This document shows positions 1-13,500 of a stretch of DNA of 64,000 bases, in pieces. The translations under genes and the position numbers were made by a program. Within the stretch, counting starts at the first letter, position 1, and each line of letters begins with the position of its first letter. This stretch comes from Pristiophorus japonicus (taxonomy: Eukaryota), in NCBI RefSeq assembly GCF_044704955.1, contig NC_092002.1, positions 13,702,001-13,766,000 of the forward strand, written 5' to 3'. Below the pieces are notes generated by a model that was not told the origin of the DNA, did no database searches, and was given only the letters and a program-made list of their open reading frames with translations.

Positions 1-21
1 GAGGGACTGCCTATGATATGA

Positions 22-1092
22 ATATATTAGCATAGATAGAGGATTGGCTAACAGAAAGAGTCGGGATAAATGGAACATTTTCCGGTTGGCAAACAGTAAA
101 TAGTGGGGAACCGCAGGGATTGGTGCTGGAGTCTCAACTATTTACAATCTTTATTAATGACTTGGATGAAGGTACCGAGTGTAATGTTGCCAAGTTTGCT
201 GATGATACAGAAATTGGTGGGAAAGCAAATGGTGAGGAGGACAGAACAAATCTGCAAAAGGATGTAGACAGGCTAAGTGAGTGGGCAAAACTTTGGCAGA
301 TGGAGTATAATGTGGCCAAATGTGAGGTTATCCACTTTGGCAGAAAAAATAGAAAAGAAAATTATAATTAAAATGGAGAAAACTTGCAAAGTGCTGCAGT
401 ACAGAGGAAACACAAAAAGTGTGCAGGTACAGCAAGTAATCAGGAAGGCAAATGGAATGTTGGCCTTTATTGCAAGGGGGATGGAGTATAAAAGCAGAGA
501 AGTCCTGCTACAACTGTACTGGGTATTGGTGAGGCCACACCTGGAGTATTGCATACAGTTTTGGCCTCCATATTTAAGGAAGGATATACTTGCATTGGAG
601 GCTGTCAGAGAAGATTCGTTAGGTTGATTCCGGGGATGAGGGGGTTGACTTATGAAGATAGGTTGAGTAGGTTGGGCCTATACTCATTGGAGTTCAGAAG
701 AATGAAAGGTGATCTTATTGAAACATATAAGATAATGAGGGGGCTAGACAAGATGGGTGCAGGGAGGATATTTCCACTCATAGGGGAAACTAAAACTCGG
801 GGACATAGTCTCAGAATAAGGGGCTACCCATTTAAAAGTGAAATGAGCATGAATTTCTTCTCTGAGTATTGTAAATCTATGGAATTCTCTGCCCCAGTGA
901 GCTGTGGAGGCCTGGGTCATTGAATATATTTAAGGCAGAGATAGATTTTTCAGTGATAAGGGAATAAAGGGTTATCGGGAGCGGGCAGGGAAGTGGAGCT
1001 GAGTCCATGATCAGATCAGCTATGATCTTAAATCACGGAGCAGGCTCGAGGGGCCAGGTGGCCTACACCTGCTCCTATTTCTTATGTTCTTA
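22..1092 (+). mobile_element. CR1 (HER1-like) LINE, 5'-truncated RT/3' end, frameshifted
   Basis: ORFs 120-371, 277-627 and 549-923 give KFADDT, RPHLEYC and [10 protein letters not shown] motifs; 3' tail ttcttatgttcttat at about 1080-1092. Confidence 0.93.
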
Positions 1093-1735
1093 TCTACCCA
1101 ACAAAGTGGAAAATTGCCCAGGTATGTCCTATACAAAAAGGACAAATCCAATCCTTCAATTATCGTCCCATCAACCTACTCTGACTCATCAGCAAAGGAA
1201 GGTGTCATCGACAGTGCTATTAAATGGCACATGCTCATTGATAGCCTGCTCACCATTGCACAGTTTGAGTTCCACCAGGACCACTCGGCTCCAGACTTCA
1301 TTACAGCCTTGGTCCAAACATGGACAAAAGAGACGAATTCTAGAGGTGAGGTGAGAGTGACATCCCGATATCAAGGTAACATTTGTCCTAGTGTGGCATC
1401 AAGGAACCCTAGTAAAATTGAAGACTTGGGAATCAGTGATAAAGCTGGAGTCATAACTAGCACAAAGGAACATGGTTGCGGTTGTTGGGAGGCCAGTTAT
1501 CTCAGCCCTAGGACATTGCTGCAGGAGTTCCTCAGGGTAGTGTCCTAGACCCAAACATCTTCTGTTGCTTCATCAATGATCTTCAGTCCATTATAAGGTC
1601 AAAAGTGGGGACTGCACAGTGTAAACTTCCATTCACAGCCTCTCAGATAATGAAACAGTCCTTGCCCACATGTAGCAACCCTGGACAATATTCAGGCTGG
1701 GCTGATAAGTGGCAAGTAACACGCGAGTGCTAGAC
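1093..1735 (+). mobile_element. Old CR1/jockey-group LINE RT fragment (second family), part of the amplicon
   Basis: KWKIAQVCP..EGVIDSAIK..HSAPDLITALVQTWTKELNSRGEVRV; paralogous copies at 21340-22600 and 45270-46390. Confidence 0.8.
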
Positions 1736-1829
1736 AATGACCATCTTTTTCAGATGCACACGCACCCCTCACACATATAGGACAACACCTCGAATTTCAG
1801 ATCCCTTCACAGTCTCACCCTACCCTATC

Positions 1830-4800
1830 TCAACAACCTCTTCTAGCCATACATCCCTCCGAGAGCTCTATAATCTGCTGGAGCACAGATTGCTGGCCCC
1901 TTTCGACACTTGTAAACCCAGCGATGATGGCAGCAGTCTGAGCTTCCACTGCAGCAGTGAGACGTTGGGTTGCTTCTGCCTGTGCTGCAGTGGAAGCCGC
2001 AAGGTCTCCCATCACATCCACCATTATATTTGGGTCCACAAGGTCTCTCATGGAGCTGCTCATCATTTCCATCCCGGAAATCATGGGCTCCAAACTCTGT
2101 GCAAAACCCCGAGCAATGTTGGAGCTGGACTCCTCCATACTCCTTGACACTGACAAGAGGCTCTTTGGCAGGCTTGCCATTGCACCAAGCATTTCTGTGT
2201 GCATGCCCATCACTTTTCTTCTGAAGGCTGCCCCATCGAGGTCATCATCCGAGTCCTGTGGTGCAGCACCCGTGTGCAGACTCACTCTCCGGGGATCTGG
2301 AACTCGAACGACCCTTTCCCCCTGTCCTGGCTGCAGCCCACTCATGCCCGGTGACTCACCACGTGCAGATCCCGCCTCTGTAATACCCTCTAAAGTCTCT
2401 GCAGTGCCACTTACTGAGCTTGTGTCTACGGGTGTCAGACGTTGTTGCATTTTGTCGTCGTCGTCGTCGTCTTGTGCTTCTCCTCTTACATAAGTGTTTT
2501 CCTTATGTTCAGGATCAGTTGCTGGCGGTTCTTGGGTACCTGAAAACAGAAAGGCAAGGGAGGGGGAAGAGGAGGGATCAAGATATCCATGCCTACACCA
2601 TCAGCAGCTTATAACTGAGAAGTGATTATGGGATTAGGAGGAAGTGGGATGTGAGAAGGAGGATTGGGTATAAGCATACCGTCATCATCAGTGCTGCTTT
2701 CTGCTTCTCCGTCCTCCACGAACTCTGTCCCTGCCCCTTCGTTAATTTGGAACATTGATTCCTCCTGGTCAGTTAGGTCAGCCCTTGCTTGGTCGTCTCC
2801 CGCCTGCTGCTGCTCTCCGCGGTTATCAGCCACCTTTACCTGCAAGAGAAAGGGAAGTGTGTCAGTGAGTGCAGGGCAATGCATTTGGGCGATGCGCGTG
2901 CCTTGGTTGAATAGCTGGCAGTGTGTGCAAGCGTGAGATGTGGCTGCGAGTGTTGCAGCAGCGGTAAGGTTGTGAGGGTGAAGTGAAGCCGTGATTATGA
3001 GGTGTGGGTGGTAGGTGAATGAGGAATTGAGCAGTGTGTGAGGCTAGGAGGGGCAGATGATGGGGCATGGCATTGGTAGAAGAACCAAAGGTGACTTAAG
3101 GGAAAAACTTTTTAAAATTCAGCGAGTGGTCAGGATTTAAGAACATAAGAAATAGGAGCGGGAATGGGCCATCTGGCCCCTCGAGCCTGCTCCGCCATTT
3201 AATAAGGATCTGATCATATACTCAGCTCCACTTTCCTGCCCGCTCCCCATAACCCTTTATTCTCGTCGCTCAAAAATCTGTATCTCCGCCTTAAATATAT
3301 TCAATGACCCAGCCTCCACAGCTCTCTGGGGCAGAGAATTCCACAGATTTACAACCCTCAGAGAAGAAATTCCTCCTCATCTCAGTTTTAAATGGGCGGC
3401 CCCTTATTCTGAGACTATGTCCCCTAGTTTTAGTTTCCCCTATGAGTGGAAATATCCTCTCTGCATCCACCTTGTCGAGCCCCCTCATTATTTTATGTTT
3501 CAATAAGATCACCTTTCATTCTTCTGAACTCTAATGAGTATAGGCCCCACCTATCTTTATAAGTCAACCCCCTCATCCCCGGACCTTCTCTGAACAGCCT
3601 CCAATGCAAGTATATCCTTCGTTAAATACGGAGACCAGAACTGTACACAGTACTCCAGGTGTGGCCTCACCAATACCCTGTACAGTTGTAGCCGGACTTC
3701 TCTGCTTTTATACTCCATCCCCCCTTGCAATAAAGGCCAATATTCCATTTGCCTTACTTGCTGTACCTGCATACTAACTTTTTGTGTTTCATGCACAAGG
3801 ACCCCCTGGTCCCTCTGTACTGCAGCACTTATGCAATTTTTCTCCATTTCAATTATAATTTTCTTTTCTATTTTTTCTGCCAAAGTGGATAACCTTACAT
3901 TTGGCCACATTATACTCCATCTGCCAAATTATTGCTCACTCACTTAGCCTGTTTATATCACTTTGCAGATTTTGTGTGTCCTCCTCACAATTTGTTTTCC
4001 CACCCATCTTTGTATCATCAGCAAATTTGGCTACATTACAAAAGCAAATTTCTGCGGATGCTGGAATCTGGAATAAAAACAGAGAATGCTGGAAATCTCA
4101 GCCGGTCAGGCAGCATCTGTGGAGAGGAAGCAGAGTTAATGTTTCGGGTGGGTGACCTTTCGTCAGAACTGGTTCATGTTCGTCAGAACATCGACCCGAA
4201 TCTGCTTCTTCTCCACAGATGCTGCCTGACCTCAGATTTCCAGCATTTTCTGTTTTTATTGGCTACATTACACTCGGTTCCTTCATCCAAGTCATTAATA
4301 TAGATGGTAAATAGTTGAGGCCCCAGCACCGATCCCTGCGGCAACCCAACTAGTCACTGTTTGCCAAATGGAAAATGACCCATTTATCCCGACTCTCTGT
4401 TTTCTGTTAGTTAGCCAATCCTCTATCCATGCTAATATATTACCCCCAACCCCGTGAACTTTTATCTTGTTCAGTAACCTTTTATGTGGCACCTTATCGA
4501 ATGCCTTCTGGAAATCCAAATGCACCACATCCACTGGTTCCCCTTATCCACCCTGCTCGTTACCTCCTCAAAGAACTCCAGCAAATTTGTCAAACATGAT
4601 TTTTCTTTCATAAAACCATGCTGGCCTTGCTTGATTGAATTATGGTTTTCTAAATATCCTGCTACTGCTTCCTTCAGTATTTTCCCAACGATAGATGTTA
4701 GGCCAACTGGTCTACAGTTTCTTGCTTTTTGTCTGCCTCCTTTATTAAATAGGGGTGTTACATTTGCGATTTTCCAATCTGCTGGGACCGCTCCAGAATC

Positions 4801-7800
4801 CAGGGAATTTTGGTAGATTACAACCAATGTTGTATAGATAGTCCCACACTATCTATACAGCCATCTCTCTCAAGACCCTAGGATGCAAGCCAGCAGGTCC
4901 AGGGGACTTGTCCGCCTTTAGTCCCATTATTTTACCAAGTACTACTTCATTAGTGATAGTGATTGTATTACGTTTCTCCCTCATTATAGCCCCTTGGTCA
5001 TCCACTATTGGGATGTTTTTTGTGTTTTCTACCGTGAAGACTGATACAAAATATTTGTTCAACGTCTCTGCCATTTCCCTGTTCCCCATTATTAATTCCT
5101 CAGTCTCATCCTCTAGGGGACCAACATTTACTTTAGCCATGCTTTTTTTCTTTTTATGTACCTGTAGAAACTCTTACTATCTATTTTTATATTCCGTGCT
5201 AGTTTACTTTCATGATCTATCTTCCCTCTCTATCATTTTTTAGTTAACATAAGAACATAACATAACATAAGAATTAGGAACAGGAGTAGGCCATCTAGCC
5301 CCTCGAGCCTGCTCCGCCACTCAACAAGATCATGACTGATCTGGCCGTGGACTCAGCTCCACTTACCCGCCCTCTCCCCGTAACACTTAATTCCCTTATT
5401 GGTTAAAAATCTATCTATCTGTGACTTGAATACATTCAATGAGCTAGCCTCAACTGCTTCCTTGGGCAGAGAATTCCACAGATTCACAACCCTCTGGGAG
5501 AAGAAATTCCTTCTCAACTCGGTTTTTAATTGGCTCCCCGTATTTTGAGGCTGTGCCCCCTAGTTCTAGTCTCCCCTACCAGTGGAAACAATCTCTCTGC
5601 CTCTATCCTGTCTATCCCTTTCATGATTTTAAATGTTTCTATACGATCACCCCTCATCCTTCTGAACTCCAACGAGTAAAGACCCAGTCTACTCAATCTA
5701 TCATCATAAGGTAACCCCCTCATCTCCGGAATCAGCCTAGTGAATCGTCTCTGTACACCCTCCAAAGCCAGTATATCCTTCCTTAAGTAAGGTGACCAAA
5801 ACTGCATGCAGTACTCCAGGTGTGGACTTACCAATACCCTATACAGTTGCAACAGGACCTCACTGCTTTTGTACTCCATCCCTCTCGCAATGAAGGCCAA
5901 CATTCCATTCGCCTTCCTGATTACCTGCTGCATCTGCAAACTAACTTTTTGGGATTCATGCACAACGACCCCCAGGTCCCTCTGCACCGCAGCATGTTGT
6001 AATTTCTCCCCATTCAAATAATATTCCATTTTACTGTTTTTTTTCTAAGGTGGATGACCTCACACTTTCCGACATTGTATTCCATCTGCCAAACCTTAGC
6101 CCATTCGCTTAACCTATCCAAATCTCTTTTCAGCCTCTCTGTGTCCTCTACACAACCCGCTTTCCCGCTAATCTTTGTGTCATCTGCAAATTTTGTTACA
6201 CTACACTCTGTCCCCGCTTCCAGGTCATCTCTGTATATTGTAAACAGTTGTGGTCCCAGCACCGATCCCTGTGGCACACCACTAACCACCGATTTCCAAA
6301 CCGAAAAGGACCCATTTATCCCGACTCTCTGCTTTCTGTTCGCCAGCCAATTCTCTATTTATGCTAATACATTTCCTCTGACTCCGCGTACCTCTATCTT
6401 CTGTGTGGCACCTTATCGAATGCCTTTTGGAAATCTAAATACACCACATCCATCGGTACAACTCCATCCACCATGCTTGTGATATCCTCAAAGAATTACA
6501 GTAAATTAGTTAAACATGATTTCCCCTTCATGAATCCATGCTGCGTCTACTTGATTGCACTATTCCTGTCTAGATGTCCCGCTATTTCTTCCTTAATGAT
6601 AGTTTCAAGCATTTTCCCCACTACTAACTCAGCATTCAAAGGCCCTCGATGGGTTTCAGCAAATGGTAGCACATACTTGGTGTTCTCAAGACCGCCCCCG
6701 ATTGCTATGTAGGTGTGATTATGCCAAAACCATGCCAAAAATTGCTGGTCACGGGAATGTGGGAAGGGAGGACCTTGAGACAATCACTATCACTAGGGGG
6801 GTAGTGCTGAACAGGCTAATGGGACTCAAGGTAGACAAGTCCCCTGGTCCTGATGAAATGCATCCCAGGGTATTAAAAGAGATGGCGGAAGTTATAGCAG
6901 ATGCATTCGTTATAATCTACCAAAATTCTCTGGACTCTGGGGAGGTACCAGCGGATTGGAAAGCAGCTAATGTAACGCCTCTGTTTAAAAAAGGGGGCAG
7001 ACAAAAGGCAGGTAACTATAGGCCGGTTAGTTTAACATCTGTCTTCCACTGTGAAGACCGAAGCAAAACAATTGTTTAAGGTCTCAGCCATTTCCACATT
7101 TCCCATTATTAAATCCTCCTTCTCATCTTCTAAGGGACCAACATTTACTTTAGTCACTCTTTTCCGTTTTATATATCGGTAAAAGCTTTTAGTATCTGTT
7201 TTTACGTTTTGCGCAAGTTTTCCTTCGTAATCTATCTTTCCTTTCTTTATTGCTTTTTTAGTCATTCTTTGCTGTTGTTTAAAATTTTCCCAATTCTCTA
7301 GTTTCCCACTAACCTTGGCCACCTTATACGTCTTTGATTTGATACTCTCCTTTATTTCCTTGGTTATCCACGGCTGGTTATCCCTTCTCTTACCGCCCTT
7401 CTTTTTCACTGGAATATATTTTTGTTGCGCTCTATGAAAGAGCTCCTTAAAAGTCCTCCACTGTTCCTCAATTGTGCCACCGTTTAGTCTGTGTTTCCAG
7501 TCTACTTTAGCCAACTCTGCCCTCATCCCACTGTAGTCCCCTTTGTTTAAGCATAGTACGCTCGTTTCTGACACAACTTCCTCATCCTCAATCTGTATTA
7601 CAAATTCAACCATACTGTGATCACTCATTCCGAGAGGATCTTTTACTAGGAGATGGTTTATTTTTCCTGTCTCATTACAACTCAGCAAAGTTGTTCTTTG
7701 CTGGCTTTTAAAAGTTTCCCAATCCTCTGGCCTCCCACTGTTCTTGGCCACATTGTATGCCCCTGTTTTCAATTTTATACCATCCCTTATTTCCTTAGTT

Positions 7801-8642
7801 AGTCACGGATGGTTATCCCTTCTCTTAGTCTTTCCTTCTCATTGGGATATATTTTTGTTGCGAGTTATGAAATATCTTCTTAAATGTCTGCCACTGCTCA
7901 TCAACCGTCCCATACTTTAATCTACTTTCGCAGACCACTTTAGCCAACTCTGCCCTCATTCCTTTGTTGTCTCCTTTATTTAAGCTTAGGACATTGGTTT
8001 GAGAACCAACTTCCCCAGCCTTCCAACTGAATTTTATATCCAACCATGTTATGATCACTCATTCCTAGAGAATCCTTTACTAGATCATTTATCAATCCTG
8101 TCTCATTACAAAGTACCAGATCTAAAGTAGCCTGCTCCCTGGTTGGTTCTGCAACATACAGTTTGGAATGCTCTGCCTGAGAGGGTGGTACAGGCAGACT
8201 CTATCATGGCTTTCAAAAGGGAATTGGCTAAGTACCTGAAGGTAAAAAAAATTGCAAGGAAACGGGGAAAGGACAGGCGGAGAGGAAGGGAGTGGGACTA
8301 GCTAAAGTGCACTTGCAGTGAGCCAGCACGGGCCCCGACGGGCCGAGTGGCCTCCTTCAGTGCTGTAATCATTCTGCGACGTTTGCTGAAGTCCTCACTC
8401 ACCTTGACCAGCTGGATGAGGTCATCAAGCCTCTTCCGACACTGGATGCGCGTCCTGGGAACCACACTCGCCGCCGTGACAGCTTTGGCTATCTCCTTCC
8501 AGACTCGCCCGCACTGGAGTTTTGAAGGCTTCTCGCCATCTTGCGGAAATAGGATATCGCATCGGCGTTGGGCCCCGTCGACCAGGGCCTCGAGGGTCGT
8601 ATCCGAAAACCGCATCGCCCTTGACGGCTGGTGTCTCTCCAT
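1830..8642 (-). CDS. Myb/SANT-like (Harbinger-derived, NAIF1/MSANTD-type) gene copy A; intact 369 aa when spliced
   Basis: Exons 8642-8403 (240 nt; FSD..L..LV..LF..W..IA..V..RT..QCRKR..DL), 2839-2680 (160 nt) and 2539-1830 (710 nt); GT/AG sites; phases 0 and 1; no internal stops. Confidence 0.8.
4041..4258. mobile_element. Penelope pseudo-LTR-derived hairpin element with 14-bp TSD
   Basis: TSD ttggctacattaca at 4027-4040 and 4259-4272; internal inverted repeat (aaaaacagagaatgctggaaatc... / ...gatttccagcattttctgttttt); same sequence heads the Penelope fragments at about 18550 and 38945. Confidence 0.75.
4131..4170 (-). ncRNA. Candidate minimal hammerhead ribozyme (Penelope-associated)
   Basis: Minus strand agttCTGACGAaaggtcacccaccCGAAACattaactctg contains the CUGANGA...GAAA core; stem II is imperfect. 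Confidence 0.45.
5246..7680 (-). mobile_element. Younger CR1 nested in the older CR1, with an internal inverted segment (about 6721-7040, + strand)
   Basis: ORFs 5526-6029, 6014-6289 and 7032-7772 on minus; 6663-7079 on plus; aacataag tail repeats at about 5246-5272. Confidence 0.85.
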
Positions 8643-8788
8643 GCCTGGCAACAATTCACAACACCACAGATAATGAAACAGTCCGTGCCCACATACAACA
8701 AGACTTGGATAACATTCACTTGGGCTTCTTGTGCATCTCCTCCACCATAAGTATCTTCCTTATGTTGAGGTACAATTGCTGGCGGTTT

Positions 8789-9863
8789 TTAGGTATCTGA
8801 AAGCAAAAAGGCAGAAAGCAAGATATCCATGCATCCACCATCAGCAGCTTGTAAGTGAGGTGATTGTGGGATGAGGGGGAAGTGGGATGTGAGAAGAAGG
8901 ATTAGGTATAAGCATACCGTTGTCATCATCGGTGCTGCTTTCCAATTCTCCGTTCTCCACGGACTCTGTGCCTGTCTCTGCCCCTTCAATAATTTGGAAC
9001 ACTGATTGCTCCAGGTCAGTTAGGCCCACCCTTGCTTGGTCGCCTCCTGCCTGCTGCTGCTCTCCGCGGTTATCAGCCACCTTTACCTGCAAGAGAAAGG
9101 GAAGTGTGTCAGTGAGTGTAAGGCTATGCGTTTGGGTGATGTGACTGCATGGTATAATAGCTGGCAGTGTGTGTGCAAAGTGTGAGATGCGGGTGTGAGT
9201 GTTGCAGCAAGCGGTAAGGTTGTGAGGGTGAAGTGACGCCGTGGCTGTGAGGTGTGGATGGTGACAGCTAGAGATTGTGGGTAGGTGAGTGAAGCAGTGA
9301 CCAGTGTCTGATGGTGGGATGTGGCATTGGCAGAAGAACCAAAGGTGACTTGAGGGGGAAAAAAATTAAATGCGGTGAGTGGTTAGGATCTGGAATGCAC
9401 TGGAAAGGGTGGTGGAGGCAGACTCAATCGTGGATTTTAAAAGGGAATTGGATAAGTACCTAGCGGAATTTTTTTTTGCAGGGTTACAAGAAAAGAGTGG
9501 GGCAGGCAGGGGAGTGGGACTAGCTAAAGCGCTCTTGCAGAGATCCGGCATGGGCCCAGCGGGCTGAGTGGCTTCCTTCAGTGCTGTAATCATTATATGA
9601 TATTTGCTGTAGCTTTCGCTCACCTTGACTAGCCGGATGAGATCATGAAATCTCTTCCGGCACTGGATGGGCGTCCTGAGAAATGTACTCGCCTCCGTGA
9701 CGGCTTTCGCTATCTCCTTCCAGACCCGCTTGCGCTGACTAATTGAAAGCCTCTTGCCCCCTTGCGAAAATAGGACATTGCTTCGTCGTTGGACCCCGTG
9801 GACCAGGGCCGCCAGGGCAGTATCCGAAAACTGCTTTGCCTTTGACCGCCGGTGTCTCTCCAT
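8789..9863 (-). pseudogene. Myb/SANT-like gene copy B; truncated (about 138 aa, Myb domain plus exon 2)
   Basis: Exon 1 9863-9624 intact; exon 2 9086-8918; exon 3 starts at 8796 with an immediate TAA (DT*) and is deleted beyond about 8720. Confidence 0.78.
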
Positions 9864-9899
9864 GCCTGGCAAAAAAGTGCTTCGCCTTTACGGAGAGCC

Positions 9900-10490
9900 T
9901 AGGCCTAACTTTCCTGGGCTGGTAGGCTGCACCCGATATTGGGCACTGCTGCACCCTTCCACTCTTCCCCTGAGAGATCAGCGCTGCAATTGTGTGAACA
10001 AAATTCGTGCTGGCTGCACCACTCAAACGGGCGCAAGGCGAATGCCAGCGGTCGCTGCCTCCGCCGGTTTACGGCCTTAACTAATGTCGTTCGCCGTTCC
10101 AAAGACGAGCAGTGCGCAGGTGCCGGAGAGCCACGGGGTGGGCGGTGCTGACTAACGGTCTGATTGACACATTGCTACATTACGTCACCGAGTCCAGACT
10201 GGGAGTTTGCGCATTGGCGTCTGGCCGGCGGCAGGTTTGCGCGTGATGACGCCACAACCTCCGCCCCCTTACGAGCTGACGACATGCATACAAAATGTGA
10301 AATCGGCGGGAAGGTGGTGTCTGCTCGGCGCCGAGCTGCTGCTGCTGCTGTTGGTCGCCGGGATCTCGGAGCCCGGCAAATGGAGGCTGAATATCGCCGG
10401 GGTAAGTCCGCCGGTCGCCGTGTGAGCCGGAGCGGCGGGGAATCCGGGGCCGTAACTATAGCGACCGGCGGCTGGGCCGCGCTGAAAAAC
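9900..10490. promoter_or_regulatory. CpG-rich, probably bidirectional promoter copy 1 with a degenerate plus-strand signal-peptide exon
   Basis: CpG-dense; tgcgcaggtgc, gggcgg and ttacgtca motifs; exon remnant SAGRWCLLGAELLLLLLVAGISEPGKWRLNIAG followed by gtaagt at 10402; ATG lost. Confidence 0.65.
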
Positions 10491-10584
10491 GGGAAATATC
10501 CCGGTGTGCTGGCAAATGTTTATCCCTCAATCAACATAACAAAACAGATTATCTGGTCATTATCACACTGCTGTTTGTGGGAGC

Positions 10585-13500
10585 TTTTTTTAAATTTCAA
10601 AATATACTTTATTCATATAAAAATTTGCACAATACATTCGAAAGCAGTTAGAAACATAGAAAATAGATGCAGGAGTAGGCCATTCGGCCCTTCTAGCCTG
10701 CACCGCCATTCAATGAGTTCATGGCTGAACATGCAACTTCAGTACCCAATTCCTGCATTCTCGCCATACCCCTTGATCCCCCTAGTAGTAAGGACTACAT
10801 CTAACTCCTTTTTGAATATATTTAGTGAATTGGCCTCAACAACTTTCTGTGGTAGAGAATTCCACAGGTTCACCACTCTCTGGGTGAAGAAGTTCCTCCT
10901 CATCTTGGTCTTAAATGGCATACCCCCTTATCCTTAGACTGTGACCCCTGGTTCTGGACTTCCCCAACATTGGGAACATTCTTCCTGCATCTAACCTGTC
11001 TAAACCCATCAGAATTTTAAACGTTTCTATGAGGTCCCCTCTCATTCTTCTGAACTCCAGTGAATACAAGTCCAGTTGATCCAGTCTTTCTTGATAGGTC
11101 AGTCCCGCCATCCTGGGAATCAGTCTGGTGAATCTTCGCTGCACTCCCTCAATAGCAAGAATGTCCTTCCTTAGGTTAGGAGACCAAAACTGTACACAAT
11201 ACTCCAGGTGTGGCCTCACCAATGCCCCGTACAACTGTATCAACACCTCCCTGCCCCTGTACTCAAATCCCCTCGCTATGAAGACCAACATGCCATTTGC
11301 TTTCTTAACCGCCTGCTGTACCTGACTGATGTACCATGACATTCAGGTCTCGTTGTACCTCCCCTTTTCCTAATCTGTCACCATTCAGATAATAGTCTGT
11401 CTCTCTGTTTTTACCACCAAAGTGGATAACCTCACATTTATCCACATTGTACTTCATCTGCCATGCATTTGCCCACTCACCTAACCTATCCAAGTCACTG
11501 CAGCCTCATAGCATCCTTCTCGCAGCTCACACTGCCACCTAACTTAGTGTCATCCGCAAATTTGGAGAAACTACATTTAATCCCCTCGTCTAAATCATTA
11601 ATGTACAGTGTAAACAGCTGGGGCCCCAGCACAGAACCTTGCTGTACCCCACTAGTCACCGCCTGCCATTCTGAAAAGTACCCATTTACTCCTACTCTTT
11701 GCTTCCTGTCTGACAACCAGTTCTCAATCCATGTCAACACACTGCCCCCAATCCCATGTGCTTTAACTTTGCACATTAATCTCTTGTGTGGGACCATGTC
11801 GAAAGCCTTCTGAAAGTCCAAATATACCACATCAACTGGTTCTCCCTTGTCCACTCTACTGGAAACATCCTCAAAAAATTATAGAAGATTTGTCAAGCAT
11901 GATTTCCCTTTCACAAATCCATGCTGACTTGGACCTATCATGTCACCTCTTTCAAATGCGCTTCTATGACATCCTTAATAATTGATTCCATCATCTTAAC
12001 CACTACCGATGTCAGGCTGACCGGTCTATAATTCCCTGTTTTCTCTCTCCTTTTTTAAAAAGTGGGGTTACATTGGCTACCCTCCACTCGATAGGAACTG
12101 ATCCAGAGTCAATGGAATGTTGGAAAATGACACTCAATGCATCCGCTATTTCCAAGGCCACCTCCTTAAGTACTCTGGGATGCAGTTCATCAGGCCCTGG
12201 GGATTTATCGGCCTTCAATCCCATTAATTTCCCCAACACAATTTCCCGACTAATAAGGATTTCCCTCAGTTCCTCCTCTTTACTAGACCCTCTGACCCCT
12301 CTTATATCCGGAACGTTGTTAATGTCCTCCTTCGTGAATACCGAACCAAAGTACTTGTTTAATTGGTCCGCCATTTATTTGTTCCCCGTTATGACTTCCC
12401 CTGATTCTGACTGCAGGGGACCTACGTTTGTTTTTACTAACCTTTTTCTCTTTACATATCTATAGAAACTTTTGCAATCGTTCTTAATGTTCCCTGCAAG
12501 CTTCTCGTACTCCATTTTCCCTGCCCTAATCAAACCCTTTGTCCTCCTCTGCTGAGTTCTAAATTTCTCCCAGTCTCCGGGTTCACTGCTATTTCTGGCC
12601 AATTTGTATGCCACTTCCTTGGCTTTAATACTATCACTGATTTTCCCTGATAGCCACGGTTGAGTCACCTTCCCTTTTTTATTTTTACGACAGACAGGAA
12701 TGTACAATTGTTGTAGTTCATCCATGCGGTCTCTAAATGTCTGCCATTGCCCATCCACAGTCAACCCCTTAAATATCATTCGCCAATCAATCCTAGCCAA
12801 TTCACGCCTCATACCTTCAAAGTTACCCTTCTTTAAGTTCTGGACCTTGGTCTCTGAATTAACTGTTTCATTCTCCATCCTAATGCAGAATTCCACCATA
12901 TTATGGTCACTCTTCCCCAAGGGGCCTCGCACAACGGGATTGCTAATTAATCCTCTCTCATTACACAACACCCAGTCTAAGGTGGCCTCCCCCCTAGTTG
13001 GTTACTCGACATATTGGACTAGAAAACCATCCCTTATGCACTCCAGGAAATCCTCCTCCACCGTATTGCTTCCAGTTTGGTTAGCCCAATCTATGTGCAT
13101 ATTAAAGTCACCCATTATAACTGCTGCACCCTTATTGCATGCACCCCTAATTTCCTGTTTGATGCTCTCCCCAACATCACTACTACTGTTTGGAGGTCTG
13201 TACACAACTCCCAATAAAGTTTTTTGCCCTTTGGTGTTCTGCAGCTCTACCCATATAGATTCCACATCATCCAAGCTAATGTCCATTCTAACTATTGCAT
13301 TAATCTCCTCTTTAACCAGCAATGCTACCCCACCTCCTTTTCCTTTTATTCTATCCTTCCTGAATGTTGAATACCCTTGGATGTTGAGTTCCCAGCCTTG
13401 ATCATCCTGGAGCCATGTCTCCGTAATCCCAATCACATCATATTTGTTAACATCTATTTGCACAGTTAATTCATCCACCTTACGGATACTCCTTGCATTA

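Larger units (their letters stand above)
3139..8160 (-). mobile_element. Older CR1 LINE (3139-5245 plus 7681-8160) inserted in intron 1 of copy A
   Basis: CR1 ORF2 fragments ([23 protein letters not shown]); host intron sequence 'aggattt|ggaatgc' is split on either side. Confidence 0.88.

Noticed and set aside
1737-2493. Plus-strand ORFs over Myb exon 3 (also 22587-23157, 24514-25039 and 46394-47162)
   Set aside because: Antisense shadows of the minus-strand coding exon; their recurrence only reflects the duplication.
1830-9863. Autonomous Harbinger transposon
   Set aside because: No DDE transposase ORF, TIRs or 3-bp TSD found around any Myb copy.
10164-10937. 257-aa plus-strand ORF
   Set aside because: Chimeric run through the promoter, a SINE, the Tx1 tail and antisense CR1; non-ATG start.
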